Of a DNA stretch of 64,000 bases, positions 36,272 through 48,969 are shown piece after piece (positions within the stretch are counted from its first letter, which is position 1; every line of letters begins with the position of its first letter). The translations under genes and the position numbers were made by a program. The stretch is from contig OZ024750.1 of NCBI GenBank assembly GCA_964016885.1, positions 50,530,001-50,594,000 of the forward strand, read 5' to 3'. Source of the stretch: Eledone cirrhosa (taxonomy: Eukaryota). The notes under the pieces are model-generated. The model had not been told where the DNA came from and searched no databases. It saw only the letters and a program-made list of their open reading frames with translations.

Positions 36272-36405
36272 CTCCTCAATTTGAAGATGTTCCCAGATGT
36301 CAAGAATAGGATGTCTGAAGAAGTTATGATGCCGTTTGACCCAGAACTTGTTGAACCTTGAATCAGTCTCCATTGACAAGCCGTAAGCTTTCAGCCATTT
36401 ACTGT
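36272..36405 (-). CDS. Host gene exon 2: (Y)SKWLKAYGLSMETDSRFNKFWVKRHHNFFRHPILDIWEHLQIEE
   Basis: Acceptor atttttattccAG, phase 1. Donor GAG|GTATGT, phase 0. 134 nt, open frame. Confidence 0.8.
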
Positions 36406-36904
36406 CTGGAATAAAAATATAAAAATAAATATATTGTTAGTAATAACAACGTTTTCTCGAGTATCGAGCCTAAAGTGTTTGAATTCATGAAACAACGAGA
36501 AAGACTCAACGCAAGGAAACTGTTAAAACTGCAAGATGACATCAATGATAGCGTTGGGTAAAATTTACCTCAAAGGACACAAATCAGCGGCTTGAAGTGT
36601 GTTGGCCCGCATAAGTGATAGGAAGAAAAGTGCAAAGGAAGAAAATATAGGAGACAAGATTAGACACACAAACATCATTTAACATTGTCAGCTCTCAGAT
36701 CAGTTATGTTTTCGCACGATTTAACTTGAGGGGACTACATAAAATTTCCGGCTTGTGCAACAGAAAAATAAATATTTTTTGCTGGTATGATAAGTGCGTG
36801 ACAAAAAGAACAAATTAGATAGATATACAGATAGATAATTCATGTTCTTCCTTTTCCACAAAATTCCAGTCACCGTAACTACCAGAGCAATTTGACCCAC
36901 GCAG

Positions 36905-37088
36905 ATGTCCTCCGTCAAGCTATAGGCACACGCACAGAGCAGGTACATTCTCCCAGGTCATTCTCGCTGTTTACATCAAACCTTGTTGGTGAAAGCTGAA
37001 GAAGTTAATCGGTGTTCACCGATGAGTAAAATGCCCGACTTCAGCCCTATCAGATGCGTCCACCATACAAACTCTTTTTCCATGGCCT
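36905..37088 (-). pseudogene. Possible degraded C-type-lectin exon within host intron 1
   Basis: Acceptor ttttgctctgtctgtAG, then VDASDRAEVGHFT..*TPINFFSF and, frameshifted, TWENVP..CVC. These resemble the CTL motifs WIGLSD..EG.F.W and WNDVPC..C. Confidence 0.35.
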
Positions 37089-37124
37089 ACAGACAGAGCA
37101 AAACAGACAGTCCTAATAAAAATA

Positions 37125-38798
37125 ATAGGAGGAAAAAGCTAAATATTATCATAGAGGAACTGAAGCAACGCATTGTAGCAAAGAGTGCAAAAATCAGGCG
37201 ATACGGGAACAGAGTCAGCCAGTATAGACATAACCGCATGTTCGACAACAATCAGAAGATGCTGTTTGGACAGCTTGAAGGGAAAGAAAGAGGCAACGAC
37301 TTGATCCCTGAGGCGGAACAAACTAAAACATTCTGGAGAGGAATATGGGAGCAGGATGTTAAACATAATGACCAGGCAGTGTGGATTGAGACAGTACAGA
37401 AGATCAGTGAACAGGCACACCAACAAACTGATTTGAGTATCAAAGTTGAAACTCTTAAGGGGCAGGCCAAAAAAATAACCAACTGGAAATCACCAGGCCC
37501 AGATGGTGTGCAGGGGTATTGGATTAACAATGTAACACCCTCCACCCGAAACTGACAACCATGTTCAATGACTGCTTGATGTCAGGTGAGGTACCAGAGT
37601 GGATGACAAAAGGTACCACGGATCTGCTAATGAAAGACCGAATCAATGGTTGTGATGTTACCAACTATAGACCTATCACATATCTGTCCGTAGTGTGGAA
37701 ACTGTTAACAAGCATTGTATCTGAGGAAATCTACCATCACCCCCACACAAACAACTTGGTACCGGACGAACAGAAAGGATGCCGAAAGAAGTCCCGTGGT
37801 ACAAAAGATCAGTTACTTATTGATAAGATGGTAATGTGGAATTGCAAGAGGAGGCACACTGGTCTTGCCATGGGATGGATAGATAACAAAAGGGCCTTCA
37901 ACATGGTACCTCATTCTTGGATAGCAATCTTCTAGGTGGCAGATATTATCAGACAGTTGTGAAGCAAAAGTAAGAAGTTCTGGGAAACAGAGTTAACATC
38001 AGCTGGAGAATACTTGGGAGGCGTGAAGATCAAAGGAGGTATCTTCCAGGGTGATAGTTTTTCCCCTCTGCTGTTTGTCCTTGCCCTGATACCACTGACC
38101 GTTGTATTGCGAAAAGTGAGAGCAGGATTCATGTTGGGAAAAGGAGAGCTTACCATCAACCACTTCCTCTTCATGGACGATCGTCAACTCTTTGGGAAGA
38201 GTGAGAAGGTGTTGGATGTACTTGTTGACACTTCGTATTTTCAGCAATGATATATGTATGGAATTTGGTGTTAATAAGTGTGGAGTTCTAGTGATGTAGA
38301 GGCGTAAATTGAGCAGAAGCAACGGAATCCAGGTACCAACAGGTGAGATGATAAATGAAATTGACACTGAAGATGGATACACATATTTAGGTGTTCTAGA
38401 GGCAGATGACACCAAGAACAAAAACATGAAGGAATTGATAAGATCTGAGTACATAAGGAGAGTGAGGAGCGTATTAAAATCACATCTGAACAGTAGGAAT
38501 GCCATAAGTGCAGTACATTCCCGAGCTGTGTCTATTATTAAGTACAATGCTGGAATTCTGAGATGGAATGTTGCTAAACAAAAAGAAATGGATAGGAAGA
38601 CTAGGAAGCTATTGACTATCTACAACATGTTCCACAAGAGGAGTGATGTCGATAGATTCTACTTGAAGAGATCTGAAGGTGGAAGAGGTCTTATCAGCAT
38701 AGAGGACTGTGTTCAGATGGAGAAAAACAACCTGCACAAATACGTGACTGACAGTAGGGATCCAATGCTCAACATTGTACTGAAAGAGAAGACAATAG
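37125..38798 (+). mobile_element. R4/Dong family B internal fragment (RT), degraded
   Basis: Homologous to ~57390-59080: NWKSPGPDG, NYRPIT, QKGC, GIFQGDSFSPLLF, FMDD. Confidence 0.9.
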
Positions 38799-39547
38799 AC
38801 CCTCGCCTATTAGGTTTTATTTTTCAGCTCTATTAGCTGTATATGTTTTTCGTCTTAAAATGGTTCTGTCCCAACATGGCCTCAGACAGAATATTATTGT
38901 TTTTGTGGCTGTTGTTATTGTCATTGTTATTGTCTTTCTCGACCTTATCGCTGTTATTTTTTTTCGTTACTGTTGTTATTTATAGTGTTGTTGGTGGTGT
39001 TATTGTTTTTGTTGGTGTTGTTAGTATCAGTACTATTTGATATTTTTAAATCTGAAACAATATTATTATAAATGATATTGTTTCTCTTTTCCTCCGTAAT
39101 ATTTTCTTTTATATTTACCTTCGCTAGAACGTTGTCTTGTTGACATGTTGACACAATACCTCTCTCTCTGTGTTGTCTGACAGCGCACTCTCCCTTTTTT
39201 GTGGCTTCCATGTTTGAAAGAAAATGTCTTCTTCAAGAAAATTTGACAGAATGCGACACTCCATAAAAGGGTGTTGTATTATTTACTAGTGAACCCCGCT
39301 GTATCATGTGGGTCACTTCCTCTAAACTCTTATCAAGTTTAAAACTCGAATAAAACGTTAGGAACTGGAGTCTTCAATAATAATTGTTTCTACTTTTAGC
39401 ACAAGGCCAGCAATTACCCAGTGCATTATACTGGCAAATCGAGATAATAATGATATTTTATAATAAATTTGAGTGTGCAATGGTGCGTGTGTTTCTCATT
39501 GGCAACATGACCCTCCCAAAGTATAACAATAATGATATTTTACTTAC

Positions 39548-39875
39548 ATCTAAAGTAGCAGGCCTTGGTGTAATTTGGTACCTTCTTAACTGCGAGCATA
39601 CTATTTGATAAGAACGTTTCACAACTACTGGTCATCATGTTATAACAGAAGAAGTCTGATTCAGTAGATAAAGCAAAGTTGGCACAAGTTTCCAAATCAA
39701 AATGTTCGGAGGTTGGTATTGATGAAGTGGATTTACGGTAGAAATAGATATGGTTGGGACCTAATGAGTAATAAACATTCTGACATCCTTCATCGGAGGT
39801 TTCAGCCAGGTTTGTTGCAGTGATTAACAAGAGAAGCTGCAGCTGTAAGCTGAATACAACTAGATATTTGGACAT
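39548..39875 (-). CDS. Host gene exon 1: signal peptide + Cys-containing PAN/Apple-like module
   Basis: Hydrophobic leader MSKYLVVFSLQLQLLLLITAT. Cys pattern C..ETCANFA...FFCYN....C...C. Strong donor T|GTAAGT, phase 1. Confidence 0.8.
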
Positions 39876-39885
39876 TGTAACCGAA

Positions 39886-40063
<178 letters not shown>

Positions 40064-40150
40064 ATATGTATGCATCACAGTAAGGTGGAGAGGAGTAGGA
40101 AGGAAGTTGTAAAACAAGATACTTGAGAGTGATAGTGGGTAGCATAATAC

Positions 40151-40202
<52 letters not shown>

Positions 40203-40641
40203 CCAATCAATAATTGATTGGTCTGGTGACCAATCAATAATTGAACCATAATAACAATGTTGTGACTATTTATACCTGTATTGAAGGAGTGTAGTATCGT
40301 GTGATATTGTAATGGGTGGGTGGGTGGGGGACTACACATACACATGGATACACACAAACATACACACACCCACACACATATACACACACACATATATCCA
40401 CACAAACATATACACACACACGCACACACACACATATATATATACACATATATATGTGTATATATACATATATATATGTAGAAGTTCTATTTAAATTGTT
40501 GGGATACAACAAGCAAATATTTTTATAACTGATATAAAGCACTCAACAAATTATTGGAGTAAAAATCCGGGAGCTTCCAACAGAGATGGTCGCATTCTTT
40601 AAGGGTGTGTCAATATTTATTTATAAAACTGATCTATATCA

Positions 40642-40706
40642 TATTTCATCTGATGAAAGCACACCATAATTTAACTTGGTGTCCTTGAAATATGTATAAT
40701 GAAATA
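40642..40706 (+). ncRNA. Canonical-core type I hammerhead ribozyme, solitary
   Basis: TATTTCAT-CTGATGA-AAGcACACCA(10 nt)TGGTGTcCTT-GAAA-TATGTA-TA-ATGAAATA. Stem I can extend via ATTTATAAAAC/GTTTTATAAAT. Confidence 0.8.
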
Positions 40707-40769
40707 AATATGGTTTTATAAATATAGTTTCCATTTGTTAATATATCGTATATATATATATTTCGTTTC

Positions 40770-41108
40770 TAAATTTGTTTAGCAAGATTCTTTAGCTGAA
40801 AACGTGTGTAGAAACGGATATTGTTATACTTTGGGAGGGACATGTTGCCAATAAGAAACACACGCACCAGTTACTTTCACTACAATTTCTTAGAAATTAA
40901 ATTCATAAATTAAAACATTTATAAATTTCCGCTTAGTTGGTTGGTTCCATAACCGAACGGTTGTTCACATATTGTCAAATATCTTTTGTCACACATTCTG
41001 TGACCTCTTCAGTTACTGGGGATTCTTTTCTTAGTTTTTGTGCTTCTCTTGTGTTCTGTCATACCCCATCTTATTTTTATTATTGGAAACATGACCCTCC
41101 CAAAGCAT

Positions 41109-41116
<8 letters not shown>
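40770..41116. repeat. Interspersed repeat with a 36-bp inverted repeat (40818-40853 / 41081-41116); related copies at 39480-39531, ~2820-2848 and 61960-62180
   Basis: ATATTGTTATRCTTTGGGAGGGWCATGTTKCCAATA occurs in both orientations. Confidence 0.7.
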
Positions 41117-41194
<78 letters not shown>

Positions 41195-41256
41195 CCAAGT
41201 AAAACTTGAACCGTTAACATATATTCTCCTTGGTTACGTCAAAATTTATAAAACAC

Positions 41257-42018
41257 ACTCTGAATAGAACTGTTATGCAATGTTACTCGAAGAGTAACCC
41301 CAAGGAAAAAGGTTATAGGAAACGGATGCATAACATCTGGAACGAGATTGGTCTATTTAAATTAGATGAACAAAAATTGGCCGGGCAGGCTCGAGTAATA
41401 ACTACTAATGGGTGGATAAGCGAGCTGGAACTGGAGGAACTGAGCAGATATATGGCTGGAGACATGATGTGATGGGCAGGGTGATCCACTGGCACCTATG
41501 CAAAGTAAACAATTTACCACATTCTGAGAAGTGGTATGAGCATAAGCCAGAGTCAGTGATAGAAAACGATCAGGTGAAGGTGCTATGGGATTTTAGGATA
41601 CAGACGGACAAGAAACTGGAACACAATAGACCTGACCAGGTGGTTTTGGACAATGAAAAAAGATCGTGTCTGATTGTGGATGTGGCCTGCCCATTCGACA
41701 CGAGAGTGCGAGAGAAGGAGAGGGAGAAAATACACCGATACCAGGACTTAAAGTGGGAGGTAAAAAGGATTTGGAACTACCATGAAGTCAAAGTGGTCCC
41801 GATTGTCATAGGCGCACTAGATACTCTCTCAACAAGTTTCCAGGGATGGTTAAAGAAAATTGACCCCGCCCCGCTTTTTGGAACACTTCAAAAGGCATGT
41901 TTGCTGGGAACAGCAAGAACTCTCCGATACGTCCGGAATCTCTGAGGCTGCAGGTAGTGGCTTGATATTAATTTCAATAAACTTTCCAGTTAACTAACAT
42001 CAATGACTGAGACTCAAA

Positions 42019-42020
<2 letters not shown>
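41257..42020 (+). mobile_element. Internally deleted R4/Dong family B copy (N-terminus fused to RLE, RT missing)
   Basis: 41260-41443 matches ~56640-56823, and 41454-42020 matches ~59399-59965. (TAA)n tail. Confidence 0.85.
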
Positions 42021-42084
<64 letters not shown>

Positions 42085-43006
42085 TGATTTCTTTATTAAC
42101 CACAAGGGTTTACATAAAGTAGACATTAAGGACAGTGCAGGACAATGCAGGACGGTACAAATGGGCATTTCTGCGTGTAAAAAACAAAAACAGAGGATGT
42201 AACAAAAAATAACAATGAAAAATTCCCCAATAGGGGGCAGACTTCGGAGGGACATTTGTGGAGAAAGCCCAGTAAAAAGCCACAATGACCCTGACCACCA
42301 AGGCAAGTGCCCTCTCCCAGTTTTCCACCTTTAATTTACAGATATATACTCAGAGTAGGCCCATTCACTCGGGCCATTCTTGCTTCTCGCACCCATCTTT
42401 CAACAAAATGCTGGGAAGAGAGCACTTCCCTCTCTACTCTGATTTTCCTTTTCAAATGAAATTTGAAAAAGTCAATCAGAGCATCACCGAAGAGGTAAGT
42501 GCTCGTCTTCAGCCCTTTCAAACGTGTCCACCATACTATCTCTTTCACTATGGCCACCAGGCAGATAAAAACTGCCTGCCCTTCCCGGCTAAAGGAGGAG
42601 GGCGGGGCAATCCTCACGATGGACTCAGATGATAGCCGGATCCGTCCTAAACGCGACAGCAGGTGTTCGACATAAACCCACAAGTCAGCAATTTTCGGAC
42701 ACTGGACGAGTGCGTGCAGGACGGTTTCGTCGCCCTGCGCGCATCTCGGACATGCCCGGCTGACGGCACCTCCATGCCTGTAGAGTTTATCCCGAACTGG
42801 CAAGGCTCCTCGGTAGCACTGCCAGGCCAGAGATTTCTGGAAGTTGTCCATAGGCCCTGGCCCGAAAGTTCTTCCGAAGAGATTGGCTAGTTGATTTTCG
42901 TCGACGCCTAGAGTTTCCCCAAGTACGTCGTCGCTCTTCCCCTCCACTAATCCTCTATAGAACGCCGAGGTGGAGTTTCCACCGATCACATTGCCCGATT
43001 GGTCGA

Positions 43007-43007
<1 letters not shown>
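42085..43007 (-). mobile_element. L1/Tx1 3' fragment in (TAA)n
   Basis: Highly similar to 43057-43972 and bounded by (TAA)n. Confidence 0.9.
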
Positions 43008-43046
<39 letters not shown>

Positions 43047-43300
43047 TAATAATAATGTTTTCTTTATTAATCACAAGGGTTTAGATAAAGTAGACATTAA
43101 GGACAGTACAGGACAATACAGGACTGTACAAATGGGCATTTCTGCGTGTAAAAAAAACAGAGGTTGAAATAAAATAACAAAGAAAAATTCCCCAATAGGG
43201 GGGAGACTTCCGAGGGACATTTGTGGAGAAAGCCCATTAAAAGACCACGGTGGCCCTGACCACCAGGGCAAGTGCCCTCTCCCAGTTTTCCACCTTTAAT

Positions 43301-46300
43301 TTACAGACACATACTCAGAGAAGGCCCATTCATTCGGGCCATACTTGCTTCTCTCACCCATCTTTCAACAAAATGCTGGGAAGAGAGCAATTCCCTCTCT
43401 ACCCTGATTTTCCTTTTCAAATGAAATTTTAAAAAGTTAATCAGGGCATCACCGAAGAGGTGAGTGCTCGTCTTCAGCCCTTTCAAACGTGTCCACCATA
43501 CTATCTCTTTCGCCATGTCCACCAGACAGATAAAAACTGCCTGCCCCTCCCGGCTAAAGGAAGATGGCGGGGCAATCCTCACGATGGACTCAGCTGATAG
43601 CTGGATCCGTCCTACACGTGACAGCAGGTGTTCGACATAAACCCACAAGTCAGCAATGCTCGGACACTGGACGAGTGCGTGCAGGACGGTTTCGTCGCCC
43701 TGCGCGCATCTCGGACATGCCCGGCTGACGGCACCTCCATGCCTGTAGAGTTTATCCCGAACTGGCAAAGCTCCTCGGTAGCACTGCCAGGCCAGGGATT
43801 TCTGGAAGTTGTCCATAGGCCCCGGCCCGAAAGTCCTTCCGAAGAGATTGGCTAGTTGATTTTCGTCGACGCCTAGAGTTTCTCCAAGTATGTCGTCGCT
43901 CTTCCCCTCCACTAATCCCCTATAGAACGCCAAGGTGGAGTTTCCACCGATCACATTGCCCGATTGGTCGAGGGCTGTGAGCGCCTGAAGACATTCCAGT
44001 CTACAAGCGCTCCCTCTCGGTCTTCGCTTGACCCAGGACTGCAGCTCCGTCAAGGAGACGAGCTGGGGAAAAACGTGTCTAGCAAACGGCGACCACACCT
44101 GATCACCGTCGAGGAAGAGGTGGAGATGTCGTAGCCTGAGCGCGTGTAGGCGCATCATCAGCCACGGCATGCCCAGCCCTCCACGTAGCGGGTGTTGACA
44201 GCAGATGGACCGCCTGACCATCGGAGCGCGTCCCTTCCACAAGAAGCGAAAGAGAAAACGCTCCAGCGCAGTCAGGCGGGGCTTAGGACAAGGTACGACG
44301 GTCAGGCGGTAGTAGATGACGGATGCGATGTACGCATTCGCCACCTCCGCTCGACCTTTCAGGGATAGCTTCCTCTCGGCCCATTTCTGGGTGAGAGAAG
44401 CCACCCTGCTCGTCACCTCGTCCCAGTTTTTGTCCGTCTGGAGGTCTGGATCGAACCAGACCCCTAGCAAATAAACCGGTCCGTCCGTCCAGCGCCCGAC
44501 GACGCTGTTGGATGGCATGGACCTGCCTCTCCAGGTGCCGAGCTGCAGGCCCACTGACTTTTCCTTGTTGATCATTGCTCCTGTCACCGCTTCGTATTCT
44601 CTTAGTGTAGTGCCGATCGCCTCGATGTGTTTGGCGTTCGACACCACTACGGTGACATCGTCGGCATATGCTGACACAGATCTTCCGCATCCTAGTTCGC
44701 GCGGGACCCCTCTCAACGTCTCCAGTTTGTGCAGTAATGGCTCGAGAGTCAATACGTACAATAGGGACGAGAGGGGACATCCTTGGCGGACCGAGCGCAT
44801 GATGTTAAACGGTTCCGAAAGGTGACCGTTCACTCTCACTACAGAGCAGATGTCGCTGTGTATGGCAGCGATCCAGCCTCTGAAGACGGACCCAAAGCCA
44901 GCCGCCCTCAGGACTGCCGCTAGGTAACGATGGTCGACCCTATCGAAGGCTTTCGACTGATCTAAATTGATCAAAGACCCACCCGTGCCAGGTTCCCTAG
45001 CTACCCTCTCTACGATGTATCGCATGAGGTGGAGGTTGTCGTGGATGGATCTGTCGGGAATGGCGCATGTCTGTGCCTCTCCCACCAGACCACCAACGAC
45101 AAGCGCCAAACTCTTTGCTAGCACCTTGGCCAAAATCTTGAACTCTGTGTTTAGCAGAGTTATGGGCCTAAAATTATCTATGTTATCCCCCTTGTTCGGA
45201 TCCTTTCTCAGGAGCGCCACCGCTCCTCGGCTCACAGAGCTGGGAATTCTCCCGTTCTGTTGCCAGTTGCAGTAGACGTCCGCCAAGAGGCCTCCGAACA
45301 AGTTTGGCATTTGTACGTAAAGTTCATAGCGCATACCATCCAAACCAGGCGATTTACCCCTTGTGCAACTAGTCATTGCATCCCGTACTTCAGCGGTTGT
45401 TATCGGCTTTTCGCAACACTCCGCCTCAGGGGCCGAAAGCCGCGGCAGTCCGTCGAGGTAGACACTAAATTCCATCCCTCGATCCGGCCCGCCACTGCCC
45501 CCGAACAGTTGAGCGAAGTGTCGCTGAAAAGCTTCACACATTCGCCCGGGATCGAGTAGCATGCGCCCGTCGTGGTCCACCAAAGACCGGATCGTGGCTT
45601 TGTTGCCACGACGCGCCTCCGCCACTCGGGCCCATTGAACGGCTTTCGTCCCCTCGTGTCTGAGAGCACGCACCCTAGCTCTGACAACGCAGCCTTCGTG
45701 CTTTGCATTGAAGAATTGGTCAAGGGCTAATTTCGCTGCAAGTACGTCGGTCGCGATGCCTTTGCTAAGCGCCTCATCTAATTTTCTAACTAATTCTCCC
45801 TCTGCTCTATTTTTCTCTATTGCTAAAGTCTTACTAAACCTAATGGACTCTATTCTAATTGCTCTTTTCAGAGCAAACCACCACTTGTTGTTGACGATGG
45901 CCCCCGTCAACGCCCGCTTAACTAGTTCGCTAATCCGGTCTCTGTAGGCCTTGCGCGCTGGTAAGGACGCGTTTAGCTTTCAGTAGCCGGGTCCTCGTCG
46001 TTGAAGTCTATCTAAGTCAAGCACACAGATCACTAATTTGTGGTCCGTGTAGCTGACTATCTTGAATTGTGGACAGCCTATGCTAGACCTATCTATTTCC
46101 CTACAAAATACTCTATCTAGATATGATCTGGATGACCCTATGCGATTTGTCCAAGTCCACATTGGTACATTCGGAAAATCCATTCGGTACCTGTCAGACA
46201 GTTCAAAACGTCTGAGCAGGTTGGTGAGACTCTTGCACCCTCCTTCCCTATCCACTAATCCCACACAATCCCAGCGTGCATCTAAGATCCCGTTCCAGTC

Positions 46301-46719
46301 GCCCACTAACACTAAAGAGCGGGACGTTCCAAGAAAGGTCTCCAGACGCCGGAAGAAATCAGGCCGCCCTGCTCCTGTCGGGGCATAGACGGTCACTAAC
46401 CTGAAAGCTTGCCCGTCTCCGCTGGTCACGTCCAGCACCACCAACTTACCTTCTAGGTCCAGGAAGATGGCCCGTATGGCAAGATCCAAACCTCTCCGAA
46501 AAAGCACAGCAACTCCTCCCCCGATCCCGGGCGGCTGGAAGATGCGTACAAATCGTAGCCGCCGAAGATCGGTGCGAAAGCCTGTGCTTCGGAGATTCTG
46601 GTCTCGCTGATGACCACTACATCTATGTTTAGTGACCTGAGGTCGTTGAGCAGGTGGCCCTGCTTCCATGACGACCCCAAGCCACGCGCATTTATGCTGC
46701 CTATTCTGAGTGAGGTCAT
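43301..46719 (-). pseudogene. Tx1 ORF2 (APE-RT-Cys domain); one frameshift (~46520) and one TGG->TGA stop (45980)
   Basis: MTSLRIGSINARGL, ISETR, VYAP, GDWN, YLDR, TDH, KSPGLDG, NFRPITLLN, DQSKAFDRVDH, VRQGCPLS, AYADD, CPRCAQGDETVLH. Confidence 0.92.
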
Positions 46720-46753
46720 GTTGAAAAGGAGTGGAAAAGATGGGAAAGACCAC

Positions 46754-48746
46754 TTACCTTACTTCTCGTAGGGGACGGACGGTTTTTCCACCCTTTTCAC
46801 TGCTTGTGGCCTCCTCAGGAAGGATGTCCTTATAAATCCTCCTGGAGAGTGCTTGTCGGAAGTCTCCGATGTCTTTGGGGAATTTTTGTTTTAGTGTCAT
46901 GTACGTTTTCTGTGTGATGCGAGTGATTTGTATGTGTGGAGGTGGTGTGAATTTTGGGGTTGTTGTGTAGTCTTTTTCTGTGATGCTGGTGTTGTGTTGG
47001 ATGTAGTGTAATAATTGCTTGTTGTTCAAATTTAATGCTGTGTAGTGTGTATCGTTTTGGTTGTTTTGTTTTGTTTGCGTTTGTTGTGGGTTTGTTTCTG
47101 TTTCGCATTTTGGTGACTTTTGTGGTGTAGGTGATGGTGGTGCTGGGGTTAATGATGGTGATGGTGTTGGTGTTTGGGTTGATGGGGTTGGTGATGCTGG
47201 TGTGGATGGTGGCATATCTGTCCTAACTTTATTGTTTCTTAATTTATTTGTTTCCCTCTGTATTTTGTTTTTGGAGGGGGAAGGAAGAGAATTTTTTCTT
47301 TTTTGGTTTCTTTTTTTTTTTCGGATATCGTTTCCCACTCCTCGTCGTCACAATCTGTCTCCAGTTGTGATAGGCCGGGGAGTGGAAAATCCTCCACAGC
47401 CGTTAGTTTTGGTTGTGGTGTGGTGGATGGTGTAGGCGCTGGTGCTAGTTCTGAAGCGTTGGGTGGTGGTGGTGTTGGTTTTGCTGGTGGTGGTAGTGGT
47501 GTTGGTTTTGCTACTGTTGCTGGGGTTGTTGCTGTTATAGTTGCTCCTGTTGTTGCTGCTACAGTTGTTGCTGCCATCTCTGCTACTGGTGGTGTTGATG
47601 GTTGTGTCACTGGGGTGGGTAGGAGAGGTGGCCTCAACCGTTTAGCCTGAGGGCAGAAAGCCCTTAGGTGGGTTCCTTCACCACAAACGACACACCTAGG
47701 TCTTCTGCCCTCGACAATTACCGTGAGGTGGCTGCCGTCAGTGAGGTCTATTACCTCTGGGATCTCCTCAATGCTTTTTTGGTCCGCTTGGATCAGGAGC
47801 TCCATCCCAGATCCGGACCAGTTTTCCTGCTTTTCTTTTGCTATTGCTATTATTTTCGTGTTGGCTTCGATGCCGGCGAGGACAGCCGCCATTAGCCAGG
47901 GAATTTCGATGGCCGGTGGAACGTGGGTCACCCTGATCTTTACGAGTCTCTGGCCACAATAGCTTGGGACGAGTGTGAAGTCGTCACTTTTTAATGGGGC
48001 CATGGAGTGTTCTCTAGCCTCCTCTGGTGTTTCAAAGAACACATCCACGGTTCCATACTTTTGCCCACGTCTGATGTGGGTTTTTCTTGCCCACACATGT
48101 CCCAAAGCTTTTTGGATTTGGGACTCGGATGCCCGTTCCACTCGGCGCGATTTTACATTTATTGTTCTATACGACACGGTGCATAGGCGCCGATGCTCCA
48201 TTTTATTAGGTGGGGGGTGAGGCTGACCCTGTACCCATCTTTCTTTACCATTTGTTTGGCATTTTCTAAATCCTCCTGAGTTACCGTGAATGCTTCGAAC
48301 TGTTTTGCTACTATGGCGAAACCGAGGGTCGGTTTTATAATGTCATTGTTGTTGTTGTTGCTATCGTTATTTGTGTTAATATTAATTTTAGTTTCAGTTG
48401 TGGTGGTGGTGACGTCAGTCGTCTTTGGTGCGGAAGAGTCCATTTTGCTTGATTTCATTTCGACATCACGAGTTAATTTATTTTTTCCTTCTTTTGTTTC
48501 TGTTGTCGCGGTGGTGGTGGGGGTGGGGGTTGTCGCGGTGGTGGTGGTGGGGGAGGCTTTAACACCTGCAGTCATTGGTAATGGCGGGAAATGAATGTCT
48601 GCCTGAGACAAATTTAAAATATTGCTACTGCTTATATTTTTTTTTGTGTTGGCAAACGTAGTAACATTTGCAATGGTGGTGTCGGTGTGAGGTGTTATTT
48701 TGTGAGGAAGGCTTTCAACTGCTTCGTGCAGAGGTGAATTAGCCAT
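46754..48746 (-). pseudogene. Tx1 ORF1 with CCHC knuckle, split into three frames near homopolymer runs
   Basis: VEGRRPRCVVCGEGTHLRAFCP. Breaks fall near the G run at ~48212 and the T run at ~47311, which may be sequencing indels. Confidence 0.85.
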
Positions 48747-48969
48747 TTTTTTTCAAAGAATTTGTTTGATAATAATAAAAGTTAAAATTTTGGGCACAAG
48801 GCCGCAATCTTTTTGGGTGTCCTTTTCGGAAAACAATGTATGTGTGCTTATAAACAGTTAACAATAAAATTTTCCATAAATGACAATGTTTAACAAACGG
48901 AAATAACAAACCTTTGCGGACCTCACGATGATACGATTTACTACGTAGGTCACCAATAATAATAATAAT

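Larger units (their letters stand above)
43057..48955 (-). mobile_element. Near-intact full-length L1/Tx1-clade LINE in (TAA)n (5' boundary 48770-48955 uncertain)
   Basis: ORF1 + ORF2, a 3' AATAAA, and (TAA)n at both ends. Confidence 0.9.

Noticed and set aside
39540-39875. Standalone 111-aa secreted peptide gene as given by the ORF track
   Set aside because: The ORF ends in a consensus GTAAGT donor and continues in frame into downstream exons.
46754-48746. Programmed frameshifting in Tx1 ORF1 and Dong ORFs
   Set aside because: Breaks mostly coincide with homopolymer or simple-repeat runs, so mutation or sequencing indels are more likely.
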